Positions 37,720 through 51,660 are shown, numbered from the whole stretch's first letter. The stretch: DNA of 62,618 nucleotides, filler included, from Sphacelaria rigidula (GCA_964200075.2; 5 parts of 5 records of this genome joined end to end with filler, not necessarily neighbours in it), one strand, 5' to 3'. Program-made: numbers and translations. Notes: a model not told the origin generated them from the sequence alone.

Positions 37720-40681
37720 TTGATTCCACCAAAAAATGGGCTCATCGGTGCGTCAAACAACCTAAGACGCTTATGGTGCGCTTGTATCTGGGTAAAAGCG
37801 GTGTCAAGCAGTATGAATGAGCGCTATTTATCGAAAGCAAGCGCGTTCGAACAATCGTTGGCTGCTTTTAACGACGAATGAAGTGAACTTTCGTGGAAGA
37901 AAGCGGCCAAAATTCCCCCCCCCCCATCGTAGCATGACTCAATTGTTGAAAGCAGCAGCGGTTTCCAAACGCGCTTGTCACCGATAAATATCGCTTATTT
38001 CATACTGCTTTTCATGAATGTCGGCAGTGACTCGTCACTTGCATCAATTCGTGATTGAACCAGACGAAAAATACATCAACCGTATATATATATATCAGTG
38101 TCAACAGGATTCCGGATGATTGTACTCGACCCACCCGCCGACCTCGTGCTGCGTCACCCGATCATTACTGCTCGGCAAACGAACTAATCTCGCAGAGTAA
38201 CATAAATCCATCAGCTCCACACCACCAAACGAAAATATAAAGTAAACAAAAGAGATATGAACGATGTTGCACGCACCCTCCAAGAACACATCGCGGTAAG
38301 AGAAGAAAATATGGCACGGCAAAGCACAACAACAATGACACCAAAACAGTTGGGCCATGACCCACAACGAACGCTCGTCCATACATGCAGTTATCCATGT
38401 ATTTATATCGCCCATGTCCCGGCACCGACTGCAGCCCCGCCCTCGGGCCCCTTTGTCCACCTGAAAAACAAGACATGGGAAGCAGAAAGGAATAGCTACT
38501 CACACCGAACCAATCTAGCCTGTGCTATACGCCACCACAAATAACTGCAGTGTCGAATAGCTGCGCAAACATGATGAAAAAAAAAGGCTGACTCCCTGAA
38601 TTATTGCACCCATTTCATAGAATATATCGAGGTATACACTAAAGTCATCAGCCAGAGAGCCCGACAAAAAAACAAACGCGTGAAGAAATAAAACTGATTC
38701 CCGCGCCTTCCATGACAAACCCGAAGGCGAAAGCCTCGCAAACTGCCTAGTACCTCTTGCAAACCAGGAGACAGGACACCCTTTGCTGATCATGCCGCTT
38801 GACGAACCGTCAACAGTATCCACATTAAAAATAATCCACTTCCGGACACTCACGCTCCCAAAAAAATACAAATACTACAGTGGAATATGATCATTTTCGC
38901 CATGCTCACCAAAGTTTGGCCGAGCGGTGGAGTGTCTCATGTCTCGAGACAGGTCACTCTTATCAAGCCAAGAGTGCACGATATGCACTTGACAAAAAAC
39001 AGAGATACGGGAAAAAAAACAAGTGAAGCGCAATATCTTCCAGCATCTCCTGTACCAAAACGCACTGCTGCAGCGCCGCACTTTGAGATGAAACATTTAC
39101 ACCGCTTGCCCCTCCCTCCCACGTTATAATGTCGAAGACCGAGATTTTGTCGCGGGGCCGTCCCTGCCCCTATGACAAGCCCTCATCTCTCCCCTCACTA
39201 CACACCATACTACGGTCCACAAATAACGTTTTCCTTGGTTCTCAGCTCGCACTCATTTCCTCGCCCGGCTGTTGTTGCTACACCGGACCCGTTCACATGT
39301 TCGTACCGCCTGCGCCTACGATCAACATGCGTCGCAACATCCCCCCTGATTTTCGTACTTGAAGCTTGCTAGGTGTTCACGATGCCGGAAACGCTGTTAC
39401 CATGTACAAAGACACGAAAGACACACATACGCACGTCCCAGAGTTCACCAGACACGGAGGCGGCGAGAGGGAGGAGGAAACAAAGAGATGCGAATAACTT
39501 TTTCGGACCACAATTTTCAGAAAAAAATAAACAAATGGGCTTGTATTTGTTTTCCGACACACATCCCCGCCTCGCCCTCATAGATTATCATTTCCACAGA
39601 TGTCGAATGTCGGCCATTAAAGGATGACAAGAAGGATTATTTCTCCCCCGTGACGGCTTGAAGTAACTGCTCATGCGGAATAAACTTATCCTTTTTCTTT
39701 TCCCACAATGCCCGAAATTCCTCGGGTGCAGAAGCGGCGTCCTGCTGGAAATGCATCGTTGTCGCATTAGAACAAGCGACATGATATCGGCGGGAAACGC
39801 AGCCCATCACCACGACACGGTTGAAGCGCTACAGTTGACGTTCCCCCGCCCATCCTCACTGGTCGACTGCTCAATTGACAAAAACGGGAAACCGATACAG
39901 CACAGATTGAATCTTAGTTGTAAGGAGCACCGTTGACTTCGGTCGTGCCGTCGGCTGTCCCCCATGTTTCCTCGTGACCTGTTCACGCGGACCAAGCGGG
40001 TGTAAGCAGACGGTCGGGGTGGGTACCGCATGTATACACCGGTGCTCAATACACACAGAAGTGCGGGTACTTACACATAAATATCAGCACGGGCACGACG
40101 TGAACATTTCACGAGTGCTTACACACACATGCATGCGAGCACTTACATACAAATATACATACACATACGTGAGTTGGTGCCGGCTTTTCCCATGCGGCAC
40201 GAAGCATTGTTTCACCATCAACAATCGAGTTCCAGACAAAAACATCACACCACAGACAACAGATTACATGGTCAAAATATATACTGCGTACAGTCTGCTG
40301 TATACTGTTTATTGCAGTAGACGCAATAGTCGACACTGTATGCAGTACGATTTTGACAATGTGATATATATTGTTGTTATCCAGTGTGTGAAACGCGTCT
40401 CGGGCCCGCGCAGTTGCTTGCAGAACGCGCACCCTTCCAGTACAAGTATGAAAGTACTCTTTATATGAGCTCCATGATAATATGCTGCCAATAGATGGAC
40501 TAGTGTAGTAGCCCCCGATCAACCGAAAAATTCTCACCGTTGACGTCCCACGTGCCACCTACGTCGGTGGTGCTTGACTGCAACCCTTTTTCCCCGAATC
40601 CATGGTCGACCCCGTTAGAATCCGGGACAGCTGACAATATAGCAAAGACAACACAAATACACGAAAAAAAGCATATATATA

Positions 40682-41290
40682 CAGGCTGATTCAGGGTGAA
40701 TGCTCGAAATTCATTCTCCACTACATACAGAACGCAAAATTGACCCGGTATATATCAATTTGGTATCGTAGTGACCCCCACGGGAAATCGAACAGTGTGA
40801 CATGGCGAAATATATCATGCGTCCTTTGCCGTGGCGCCGGTGGTAAATATGTTTCTCGGCCAATTAGCCGCCTTGAAATTGTTCTGAAACTAAAAATGCG
40901 CATTCCCGATTCAATTTGTATTCAATCTCATCAAGACTTGGAACCGTAGCCACCATCAGCTAGGGGATCTAACGCAGAGAACGGATTTGAAAATGGTTCG
41001 TATGGGATCGAGTTATACCCCATATCGTGGTATTTCGGTGATGTGGGGTTTCGGCGTCGTCGGATTTCAACTGATAAGAGGCGTATGCATCGAAGACCCA
41101 GGAAGCCTCTTCACACTTTCCCTCGTGAACGTCGTCGAAAAGCTCTGACCATCGTCAATCTTGGCAATTTGGCAGATATGTTACTACGAATGGAACAAAA
41201 ACACTTGAAAAATATGTAAAATTTTATCCGCTCTTCACCAGCTTCCGGGGGTTCGAGCGTGAAGACCCCAATATTCCGGTACAAACTGCT
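40682..41290. mobile_element. Partial copy of the MITE at 45022-45782, opposite orientation
   Basis: Starts TA|caggctgattcagggtgaa; internal blocks are reverse complements of 45185-45740. Confidence 0.75.
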
Positions 41291-41944
41291 TCGCAGTATC
41301 AATGTAAAAATTCGGCTCGTCCCGACGTAGTTCAAGGAAGGTTTGTACGAACTTTCGTTGTGTGAATCAAAAAGCTGATCCCAAACGGTCAATTTAAGCT
41401 CAATCGCGCAAGGGAAACATCAACACTATGCTATAATCAAGTACTTAATGGGATTCCACGTACATTTGTATGCTTCAACGCACATATGGGAGATCGTTTA
41501 CGCCGTGTGCTCTGAGATATTTAGGAAGGTTATATGAATGGGGTCTTTCGACATGTCTTGGTTTTGCCATATATTCGGGGTCCCAGCAGGCGGTGTCAAC
41601 GCCTGGGGCGCCAGATACCTCAGACGGAACACAAGGAACACAGGTAGGCAGTAGGATATTGATGAGAAAATATACTGCGGCTTCAACGTTGAAGTATGAC
41701 TGAGGAGTCGGGGCGAACGAGGAGGGAACTGGTATGCGGTAAGCCACCGGGGCGACCGACCACTACTGCTGGGTATTGTTCTTATACTCGTTATTATCTT
41801 GAATACAGAAAGACGCGTACTGGCAAGATAGGAGACTTTCACACAGCAAGGCCAGAGTTTAATTTTGTTTTGTGAAGTCCGCGTTCCTTTTGCGGTGCTT
41901 GCCTTCCCTTTCATTCGTGAGAAGGGTTCTTCAGAGGTCCCTTT

Positions 41945-42122
41945 CCCTGTGTGTGTGTTGTCATCCCATCTATTCTGGACGCCAGTCTGCACCTTTCGGT
42001 ATATGCTCACGAAAACGTTGTAACATGTGGGCGCATCAGCCGGGGTCACACAGGAGGAAGGCCAACACGAGAGCTTTTTCTTTTTCATTTGGTTTTTGTA
42101 CCACACCTTCCTTCTGCGGTGT
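41945..42122 (-). mobile_element. SINE 3' fragment
   Basis: gtgggcgca.cagccggggtcacacaggaggaagg shared with the other copies. Confidence 0.8.
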
Positions 42123-42350
42123 TTCTCCGCAATCGTCTTCATTTGAGAGTGCATACAGTATCAATGTTTCCAATACAGAAATGTTTGTCCGTAGTTGTCT
42201 TGGTTTGAAACCATGTACACACACACACTTCCGGCAATCCGTAAGGTGGTAGATGAGGGCTAGCCGTGTTCGTGCAACAAAATTTACTGAAGATGGAGTC
42301 GTGGACCGTCTTATTTGAATGGGCGCATATTTTGGTTCGGAGGTGGTGGG

Positions 42351-43676
42351 CAAGGGTAGGTCGAGTAGAGTATGTACTTTTGAGTACTCGAGTAAAATAT
42401 TCGCGTATTTACTCTACTCGACGTTTGAGTTGGTAGAGTACGGCCTCCAATACTCTACTCAAATTTTGAGTAGATCGAGTACGACCTCAAATACTCTACT
42501 CAAATTTTGAGTAAGCACTCTCAGTAATACTTGAGTGTAGAGTATCACTTGAGTATGAGCTCAATCCTCTACTCAAAGTTTGAGTAGATCGAGTACGGCC
42601 TCAAATATTCTACACCAATTTTGATTAGATCGAGTACGACCTCAAATATTCTACTCAAATTTTGAGTAGATCGAGTACGACCTCAAATACTTTACTCAAA
42701 TTTTGAGTAAGCACTCTCAGTAATACTTGAGTCTAGAGTACCCCCTGGGTATGGTAAGTATCCCTGACAGTCGGCGACTTCGTGACGTCACTTCACAGAC
42801 TATGCTGACAACATGGGCGAACGATGGCCATCAATTAGATGGGCGGCGTTACATCACAGCCAACAAGGAGTATGAGCGAATGACGGCCATAAAAAAAAAA
42901 AGCGGGCAGGGCCTCTCGACAATAACCCAACATTCATTCTACTCTAGTTTTGTACCATTTGGTTCTGATCCTAATGTTTGCTGAAGTTTGAACTTGACTC
43001 AAAACTCATCATAGGCGGGTAAGTTTGGGAATACCTCGGTATTTCCTCTACCCGAGTGTGAGTATCGTGCGTACGGACTTGAATATTGAAAGTTCAAGAT
43101 ATAGGTTTTCGGCACATCAGATACTCTACTCAAATTTTGAGTAGGTCGAGTACGGCCTCCGATACTCTACTCGACGTTTGAGTAGGTCGAGTACGGCCTC
43201 CAGTACTCTACTCAAATTTTGAGTAGATCGAGTACGACCTCAATACTCTACTCGAATTTTGAGTAAGCATTTTCAGTAATACTTAGTATAAAGTATCACT
43301 TGAGTATGACCTCAATACTCTACTCAAATTTTGAGTAGATCGAGTACGGCCTCAAATACTCTACTCAAAATTTGAGTAGGTCGAGTATGGTCTCGAATAC
43401 TCCTCTCAAATTTTGAGTAGGTCGAGTACGACCTCAAATACTCTACCCCAATTTTGAGTAAGTACTCTCAGTAATACTTGAGAATAGACTATCATTCGAG
43501 TATGACCTCAATACTCTAATCAAAGTTTGAGTAGATCGAGTACGGCCTCAAATACTCTACTCAAATTTTGAGTACGTTGAGTATGGTCTCAAATACTCTA
43601 CTCAAATTTTGAGTACTAAAAGTATGACTCTTCAAAAATACTGAGTATTGAGTATACTCCATTCGACCTACCCTGG
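42351..43676. mobile_element. TIR element with two arrays of 41-bp palindromic subrepeats
   Basis: TIR agggtaggtcga / tcgacctaccct; flanks (g)gtggtggg / (g)gtagtggg (8- or 9-bp TSD, 1 mismatch); arrays 42408-42740 and 43122-43615. Confidence 0.75.
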
Positions 43677-43810
43677 GTAGTGGGTACTACATACAGTTCA
43701 GTGTACAGAGGAACATATCCACAAGCGAGTATAGAGCTCAACATTCCATCGTACTGGTACACAGTACAGTTGGGTAAAAAGATGAGGGCTGAGAGCACAT
43801 TTCGCACCAC

Positions 43811-44205
43811 GTTCTAGCAGCGCACGTGCGTCGGACCCCCGTTATTGGCCGATGACTGTCCAGGTTAGCTGTACCCTGCTTCGTTTTGCTGACAAAAAAA
43901 CACTGAATTGCTGTGCATCACTGTCGCTGGGGGCTGTGCAAGGTGCTTCACAGGGGACGTCCGGCACTCAGCACACAATCTACAAATGACTTTCAAACCC
44001 AAGGCGGGAACAACCACCAGGCCGCAAGATGAAAAAGCGTTCGACAGAATCGCACCACGCTTTTTCCACCAGTCATCAGCATACATGGCAGTGCGTCCTA
44101 CTGCGTTCTAGCAGCGCATGTGCGTCGGACCCCCCATTGTTGGGCGATGGGTGTCCAGGTTAGGTAACAAGTACAGCACTTTGCGATGCTGACAAAAAAA
44201 CAATA
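43811..44205. repeat. Direct repeat of ~95 bp, spacing ~294 bp
   Basis: gttctagcagcgca.gtgcgtcggacccc...tgtccaggttag...gctgacaaaaaaa occurs twice. Confidence 0.8.
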
Positions 44206-44633
44206 AATTACTGTTCACGGGTGCAGTGTGTCGCATTTGTAGTGTCCAGACTACCGGATTTTCAAATTACATGGGTATTCATTCAACTTGACCGTTTATC
44301 GCGGATTATCTTTCCGCCTTCTTGTGGAGGGCGATCGAGAAGAGTCCCAGTGTTTCCCTCCGTGTGGTGAAAAATGCTGTTCCGAGAAGGATCATTCCAT
44401 CATTCGGATAAAGTATGGACTCCAAAACGACGACGTACTTGATTCCAGTACCAAGCGGGGCGACATTTAGGCCAATAATATACTCCGGGGTATTTGATGA
44501 TATATTTGAAAATAATGACAACAATAATAATAGCAAGCTATAAAAAACAACTCAAACCACCCATATTTCTGCGTTCAGCACATATGAAGAAAAAAAAAAG
44601 GGAAAAGGTGCTGAGCTGCATCCCGTAACTCAC

Positions 44634-47600
44634 GAGACACCAAGTAGTCACCGTTGCCCGCGCCTCCCGTATCTCCAGCAGGTGATAGAGGCGTCTTGAC
44701 ACTCCTCAACGTTGACGATGGAGGGCCCCTTCCATACAGAGGAGGAGTTGGGGGGGGGAAAGGGAGGCATGTTATGAAGCAATCTTCTTTCGAGACGAAA
44801 ACCATTGGAATATGATGAAGGGCACTCACAGCGTCTTGGCATTTCTACGCACATATAGACGTCAGAACGTGACTTCACCGACCACTCCCCCGAAGGCGCG
44901 GTTATTCGAGCCCACCTACTAGTACCATGCATAACCGTCCTCCAGACTGAGGTGTCCATCTGCGAGCACTCATGGATTTTAATCGCTCCCAGTAAAATAT
45001 ACATAGAAGTACCCATTAGTACAGGCTGGTTCAGGGTGAACGACCGGAATCTACTCGCCTGCGATTGATCTACACCGTTTTCTTCGGTTTGAACCCTCAT
45101 ACTTCAAACAGGGGTGCTCAAATATTCATTTTAAAAGGCGGTATGAATGAGATCTTTCGTTTTTTCTTTCGTTCGCCAGATATCCGACTTCTGGGGGTCT
45201 TCACGCCCGGACCCCCGGAAGCTGGTCGAGAGCGGATAAACCTTGATACATTTCTCAACGGTTTCTTATTCCACTCGTAGTAAACATATCTACCAAAACG
45301 CCAAGTTTGACGATGACCGGAGCTTCTCGACAAGAGTTACAAGGGAAAGCGTGAAGACGGCTTTTTGGTCTCCGACACATATCATCAGTGGGAATCGGTA
45401 AAAGCCAAAACCCCACATCACGGAAATATCACGTTTTGGGGATATAACTCGACCCCGTCCAAATTGTATTGAAATCTGTTTTTTGCGTTACATTTCCGAG
45501 CTGATGGTTACTACTGAGGTCTGATTCATGATGAGATTGGGTACAACTTGAGTCGTGAATTCGCCTGTCATAATTTCACAACAATTTTGAGGCCCCTGAT
45601 TGGCCGAGGAACATTTCCACCACCAGCGCCGCGGAAAAAGACGCAAGGGAAACTCTGGTCACGTCACACTGTTCGCTTGCTCGTAGGGATCACCATGATA
45701 CCGAATATGTTTTTATCGGTTCAGTTTTGCACTCTGTATCTAGTGAGATATAAATTTTGGTCGGTCACACCGAACCAGCCTGTAGAATGAATACCGTTTC
45801 AGTAAAAAAGACACGGCTTACATGTTTTTGGGGGTGGTGGTCGAGATTCACCCACAAAGAATAAGAAGCAAAGCGTGCCGCCGTTTCGAAAAGGATCATC
45901 CGTTCACAGCATCGGGTCATCATGCAACCCCTCCTCGCTTCCCCAAGTTTGGACTAAATAGGCACTCGGTGATTGTGCAGGAAGAGTCCAGCCCCCCACT
46001 TTTGAGAAAAGAGTACTCCCTCCCACCCCCCGACCTTCCAAGGTTGTGCCCGGGATTCGATTCCCCGTACGTATAACTTCCAAAGCCTGGCCCGGCGAAA
46101 ACCCAGTGTGCTCCGTCCCGGCTTTTGTAGGGATGCGAGGTCAATGGTCTCATGACTATGGCATGCAAGATCATGAGTACACCCTCTCCCCCCACCGTAC
46201 ATATGGAAAGTAAACGAAGGCGGCATGAAAAAGGTTTTATACACTGGATAGTGGGTATAAAATGATCACTATACTATGAAATGGATGGAGGTCAGAGACG
46301 GCGAATAATGAAGGGGTTGAAGCATGCAAAGGGTTTTCGCATCATGGATGGAAGAAACGTGAGGAGCGATAAATGTTGGAGGTGTCTCCATTAGGAGTAG
46401 GAACGCTGTTCCGTCTCCAAAGGGATGCGTGGCAATCGGTCAAACGACCAAGACAAGCAACAGATGAGTATGTCCACTCCCCCTGTACCTTTGCGGGAAA
46501 GGCACGGGTTCGCCCAAACCCGAGGCAGACGCAAACGCCGGAATCTTTGACGGATCTCCCATTTCCGCCGCCGCTGCGTCCATACTGTTGTCGTAGTCTG
46601 TCGCTGTGTGCGCAGACATCGCGCGGCGGTCAGCCAGCTGCAAGTGCTTCGTGGGGGTGGTGTTCATGCCCCCGCCGCCTAGCCGGAATACACCGTTACG
46701 GTTATTCTTGGTGCTACCGTTGCCCTGGTGGTGTCCGTGTCCGTGTCCGTTGCTGCCGTTTGCGCAACACAACACGAGACTAGAAAATCAGACGGATATC
46801 AACAGTGGTAAATGACAATGACGAAAAGAATCCAAAACAATACAACAGAGGAGGTGGACAAAAAATAGTTTCGCGCGCAATACATGTAAGTCAACAGTCA
46901 GTCGGTCAAGTTTTGACTTCTTCGCGAAACACAAAGTGTACGAGGGCCCCCACACGCGTTGCAAAAGTGGTCGGGTCGGAAGCGATGAAAATTGTACAGC
47001 AGCCCACGTGCACAAAAAGTGAGGTCCGAGGCACTAGTGTAATAACAGACGAAACGGCGTGCCATTCTGTTTTAGGTCAGCTCAGGGTACAAGAAAACAA
47101 ATACGAACATGGTCACAATCCACCAAAATTGAAACAAGAAAAAAAAAAAAAAACGAAGCCCCGAGTTCGGGGCAAGGACGTTTGAGTATAACGCCGTCGA
47201 AATATGGCCTGCTCCGAAAGTAAGGGTCATCAATGCGTTTACGCCCCCGCCTACCCGAGAGGATTAGCTGGGGTTGCGGTTGCCGTTAGAGATACTACTC
47301 CAGTAGTGTGTGTCCGTGTGCATGCTCTTTGCTGCCGTGCGCAAACACAAAGCGACGTGAAATCGATCATAATATCGTGCAACATATCTACATCAACGTG
47401 AACGCTCCCCACAACTACCTGAGCCTGGAGGGTCGAACACCGCTGCCGAAATATTTCTGCAAGAGTTCGGAGACGAATTGAGCGGAGAATCCTCTTCACA
47501 CACAAAAGCTTGTTCATGCTCATCACTCACAATTCACTCATCCGCTAAACTTGAACCCTATTTTTTTAGTTGGGAGTCTGGGTCATCGCAAACTCCATTG

Positions 47601-49929
47601 AAAAGTTTGGACACATATACTATGAGTCACAGCGGATCTTCGAAAGATGGGGGTCCTGATATTTCTTTGTATTTTCACCGGTTATCAGGGATCCCAGAAT
47701 CCTGGCGGATCACATGCCCTCGTGGGCCCCCGATAACCGGCATGAAAAAAATCGCAAGACTGAAATTTTCGAAAGTGTCATGATAAACCATAAGTATACA
47801 TGTGCGGACTTTCACATTTCCACACCAAAAACAACGTGAAGAACTTCGCTTTTGCACGATCAAGTAATGCTTCAAAAGTACGAACTCCCAACTACTTTTA
47901 CTTTGGTGTCACGATCGATTTTTCAAGAGCATCCAAACCTCAGACCGCGGTGCGGGTAGTCCCATCTGAATCATGCGCAATTTTTCCAAGTGAAAATTGA
48001 TGCCGATTCATCAGGTGACCTATCCTCGCGGTCCATTAACCCTTAGACCGCGGCGTGGGTAGTCCATCTGGATCATACATACTTTTTTCAAGTGAATATT
48101 GTTGCCGATTCAGCAGGTGATCTATCCTCGCTGTCAAAGGGTTAACGTGAAAATAGAACGAGCGAAACTTCGTACAAATGTAACAAACCCAAGGCGCGTG
48201 CGTTTTTTTGTTTTTTTCGTTCTGAAGCATCCTGTTCCGGCTTTCGGGGTTCTTCACGCAGGGACTCTGGAAGCCGGTACATAACGGAAAAAGTTTGAGT
48301 TCAAGTCCAACCAAAACATTATTATATTTGGAGCACAAAGTTTGAGGGCGATCTGAGCTGTTTCACGACAGAAATAACGTAAACCCTCGAGGAGGCGTCC
48401 TGGATCTTTGATGCATAACATCAGTGGAAATCCAGCGGTGCCCAAACCCACCTCACCAAAATACCACAACTCACGTACTGATGGCGGTTACTCCTTCCTG
48501 CCTTTGTTGTTTTTGTCTTCACATCAAAAATCGTTCCAATATCTGTGTCATACTCTGTGCTGGGCTTCTGATGCGAACGCCTTCCGTGGCCACAGGCTAA
48601 GCACCCCAGAAATAGGGTAAAAAAATGAAATAATTGTACTTTACGACGACTCGAAAAGCATGTGAGCATTTAGGGAAAGTTGTGCTGGGGCTTCGTACTT
48701 TGAGTTCCAGGACAATTCAAAGGGCGCTCGTTGGTCAAGGCGATATATTTGTATTTGCCCTTAGCGCCGTGCATTCACAAATTATTTTTCGATCGGAAAT
48801 GTGCGACGGGAAACAAAAATTCCGATTTACGAGTTCGTGATTTCGACTATCGTCTGTATCAGACCGTTTCTTCCGGTTCGTTTTTCCCCATCGTATTTTG
48901 CAAATGATGAAGAGAAAATACCGCTAGGAAAATACTATGAGATATGATGACCCCACCTGACGGTTCCAGATATATTTCTGAGGAGGGTGAGGTACCAAAA
49001 GAGCGGGGAGGTACCAAAAGTACGGTCATCGAATTTTAATGGGTGGTGCACGCCAAGGCGAGGTATAAAGACCTGAAAGACTTCGCCATGCCAAGCTTCC
49101 TGTGTCGGTGTAAGAGGACGTGAAGCATAGACCTCCCCCGATCGCCGCTGGCCCAGCTCATACTGTGTGCAAACTGACATCTTCATCCTATACGACATAC
49201 GTACTGCCATATCTCGTATGCGGTAGTACAGACAGCAGTACGTCTAATACTGTCTGTACCGCACTCCTCCGCATCAATTTTAGTGAAGCCGCTGTATATT
49301 ACCGTCTGCAACCTGACATGCGCGCATGTATACTGCCGAATGCGCGCAGTACAGACAGTACCGTACTACTTGCTTCTGTCTGTACTGCACGTTGTCCACA
49401 TTGTATTTATTGCAGCCGTTGTACGCTACTGGCACTCTAGAATTTGATCCTGTACTGCTGTATGCGGCAGTACAGACCGTTTTGTACTGTCTGCACTGCA
49501 CATTGTCCAGATCATATTTAAAGCAGCCGTTGGGTGCAGCATGGCATGTGGATGCTCCTGCTCTACGCGGCAGTGCAGACAGTACACTTCTCCCTAGTGT
49601 TGTCTGTATTGCACGTTGTCCACATATCTCACGTCGTACGCATCATTTTTACTACAGCCGTGCGTACTACTGTTGTGTGCAAACTGACACCTACAACTCA
49701 CTTCGTGAGAGCACAAACAGTATTCTATAATCTCTGCGCCGGGTACTGTCTGTGCTGCGGGTTTTCGAGAGCACGGTCGATGCCAATAGATCATCAACCT
49801 CTGACGGCACCTTGCGTGCGCCCGGCTGGCGAAGCAAAGTTTGGTGTAGTGTGTAAATGGCGCTGGGGATGTTCGACATTGCTGTCAAAAGAGCCCCGCA
49901 GATGACGAAGGTCACAAACATCTTCAGGG
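44634..49929 (-). CDS. Tentative partial gene of unknown function; exons 49811-49929, 47419-47456, 46489-46779, 44634(or 44652)-44728
   Basis: AG/GT-bounded segments with matching phases give LKMFVTFVICGALLTAMSNIPSAIY...|KYFGSGVRPSRL|SLVLCCANGSNGHGHG...PFPQ|RGPPSSTL; hydrophobic segment then low-complexity tail; no family recognised. Confidence 0.4.
45022..45782. mobile_element. Tc1/mariner-type MITE (761 bp)
   Basis: TA TSD on both sides; 24-bp TIR caggctggttcagggtgaacgacc (21/24). Confidence 0.8.
48040..48141. mobile_element. piggyBac-type mini-MITE (102 bp)
   Basis: TTAA|cccttagaccgcg ... cgctgtcaaaggg|TTAA; a decayed tandem copy lies at ~47938-48034. Confidence 0.75.
48230..48480. mobile_element. 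Older internal fragment of the 45022-45782 MITE family
   Basis: tcttcacgc..ggaagc.ggt and atcagtgg.aatc...caccaaaataccac blocks are colinear with 45190-45430. Confidence 0.55.
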
Positions 49930-50075
49930 CTGGCGGGCGTTGCTAATCTCGCCGCTCCGCAAATGAAAAATACGAGAGAAAAATACAAGTCGATCTCGCC
50001 TCGCATTCTTTCACGGTTAGGACAAATCATCACGACTCAAAATCACCAAATTCACGATTTCTTCGGCCTGATTGC

Positions 50076-50175
50076 NNNNNNNNNNNNNNNNNNNNNNNNN
50101 NNNNNNNNNNNNNNNNNNNTTAATTAATTAANNNNNNNNNNNNNNNNNNNNNNNNNNNNNNNNNNNNNNNNNNNN
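50076..50175. other. Assembly spacer 4
   Basis: Same 100-bp N/linker structure. Confidence 0.98.
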
Positions 50176-51660
50176 TATTGCTATTCGTGGTACCCTTCAT
50201 CTTGTGTGTGTGTGGGGGGGGGGGGGGGGGGGGGGAGGGGGGAGGGGAGGGGGATTACTACATTACATTCATTAATTTTATTACACTGTGTGCTGCTACT
50301 GTGGTACACAACTCGCACATTGATAGTGTAAGTGGTCCGTATCACACACCGTTCGCTTCGAAGAGCATGCGAGTGCAACTTGGTTCCGTGTGCAGCGTAC
50401 GGCAGAAGCGAGTGCATCAACCGCAGTCAGCAAACGCTAGACGGTACAGTTGCTCAGGAGCATATATCACATGAACACATGCTCCTGGTAGATGAAATCT
50501 GCGCTGCAATCCTAACGTTATACACGCCAACAGGAAACTGATGAAAACGAGCTTTTAAATAACTCATGGTCGTAGCCAAGAAGCCAAGTTTGCCCCCCCG
50601 CCCCCATCAGGCGTAGGAGCGGTGCTCCGGCTCGAAAGGGATGCGTGGTCAATGGTCACACGACTAAGGCAAGCAATCCTGCAAAACATCGAACATCTGG
50701 GAGCAGTCAGTCTTCTTTCAAGTTTTCGCAGAGAGGGGGCATCCGTCACACCTCATGTGACAAGGACTAGATAGAAAATCAACTACATCTTTTGCCCATA
50801 TCAAGTTTTCAGGTCACCAAAAACCCCGAGCCGATGTCACTATACATGGGTTATTGCAAGTATGACGATAGCACAGCAAACGCATGACGTTGTTGTGCAC
50901 AGAGATCTAGCTGCAACGATTGCACCCCTGAGGTACCAAAAATACAAGATACAATTGGTAGCAGTACCGTACGGCTAATCATAGTTCGGTGAACTTCGCG
51001 CGCCGACAGACCGTGAGTGGACCACGCCTGTTTTTATGTTTTTTTTACAATACAGCGATCAGTGTCATGAACCAGAGTGCCACCCTTCGTTGTGCCGCTT
51101 TCGCAACGCCGTGCAGCATGGTCATATCACGTTGAGACACGTGTCTGATCTACCTCGCTTGAGAGCGGAACTCAACGCCGCACAGCACGTAGTTGACACA
51201 TAGCACAGCAAAACTCCCTGCGGCGAAACTTGTGTGATATTAGCCGCCTCCAGTGTTCGATTTCATTGGGAAAAATCTTCTAATTGGTTGCTCCCTGGTG
51301 AGTACATTTGGGTGGAAACTGATGCTCTGCTCACCTTGACACCTGTGCAGGTCTTGTGCTACTGGTCCATATAGTAATATGAACCCCGACCATAATTGAG
51401 TCAACAAACATCCAACACGAGAAAATTTATGGACAGTCCAACATAGATGAGACTCTTGACCACCACTGCAAAATATGCCCTGGAATCTCCTTGAAGATAT
51501 CGTTCATGTATTGATTGCGGGTCAGGATGCCGGGGGGTGATGCGAAAACGAAAACACGAATACATCACATCGCCATCTTCTCTTACATGACCAACGGGTT
51601 GTGGCCAAATTCGCAGGTAGATGTGTAATCGAAGCAAAAAACGCACAAATCCAACCCGAC

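Noticed and set aside
42408..43615. CRISPR-like array of palindromic repeats
   Set aside because: Units are head-to-tail with no unique spacers, there are no cas genes, and the context is a eukaryotic TIR element.
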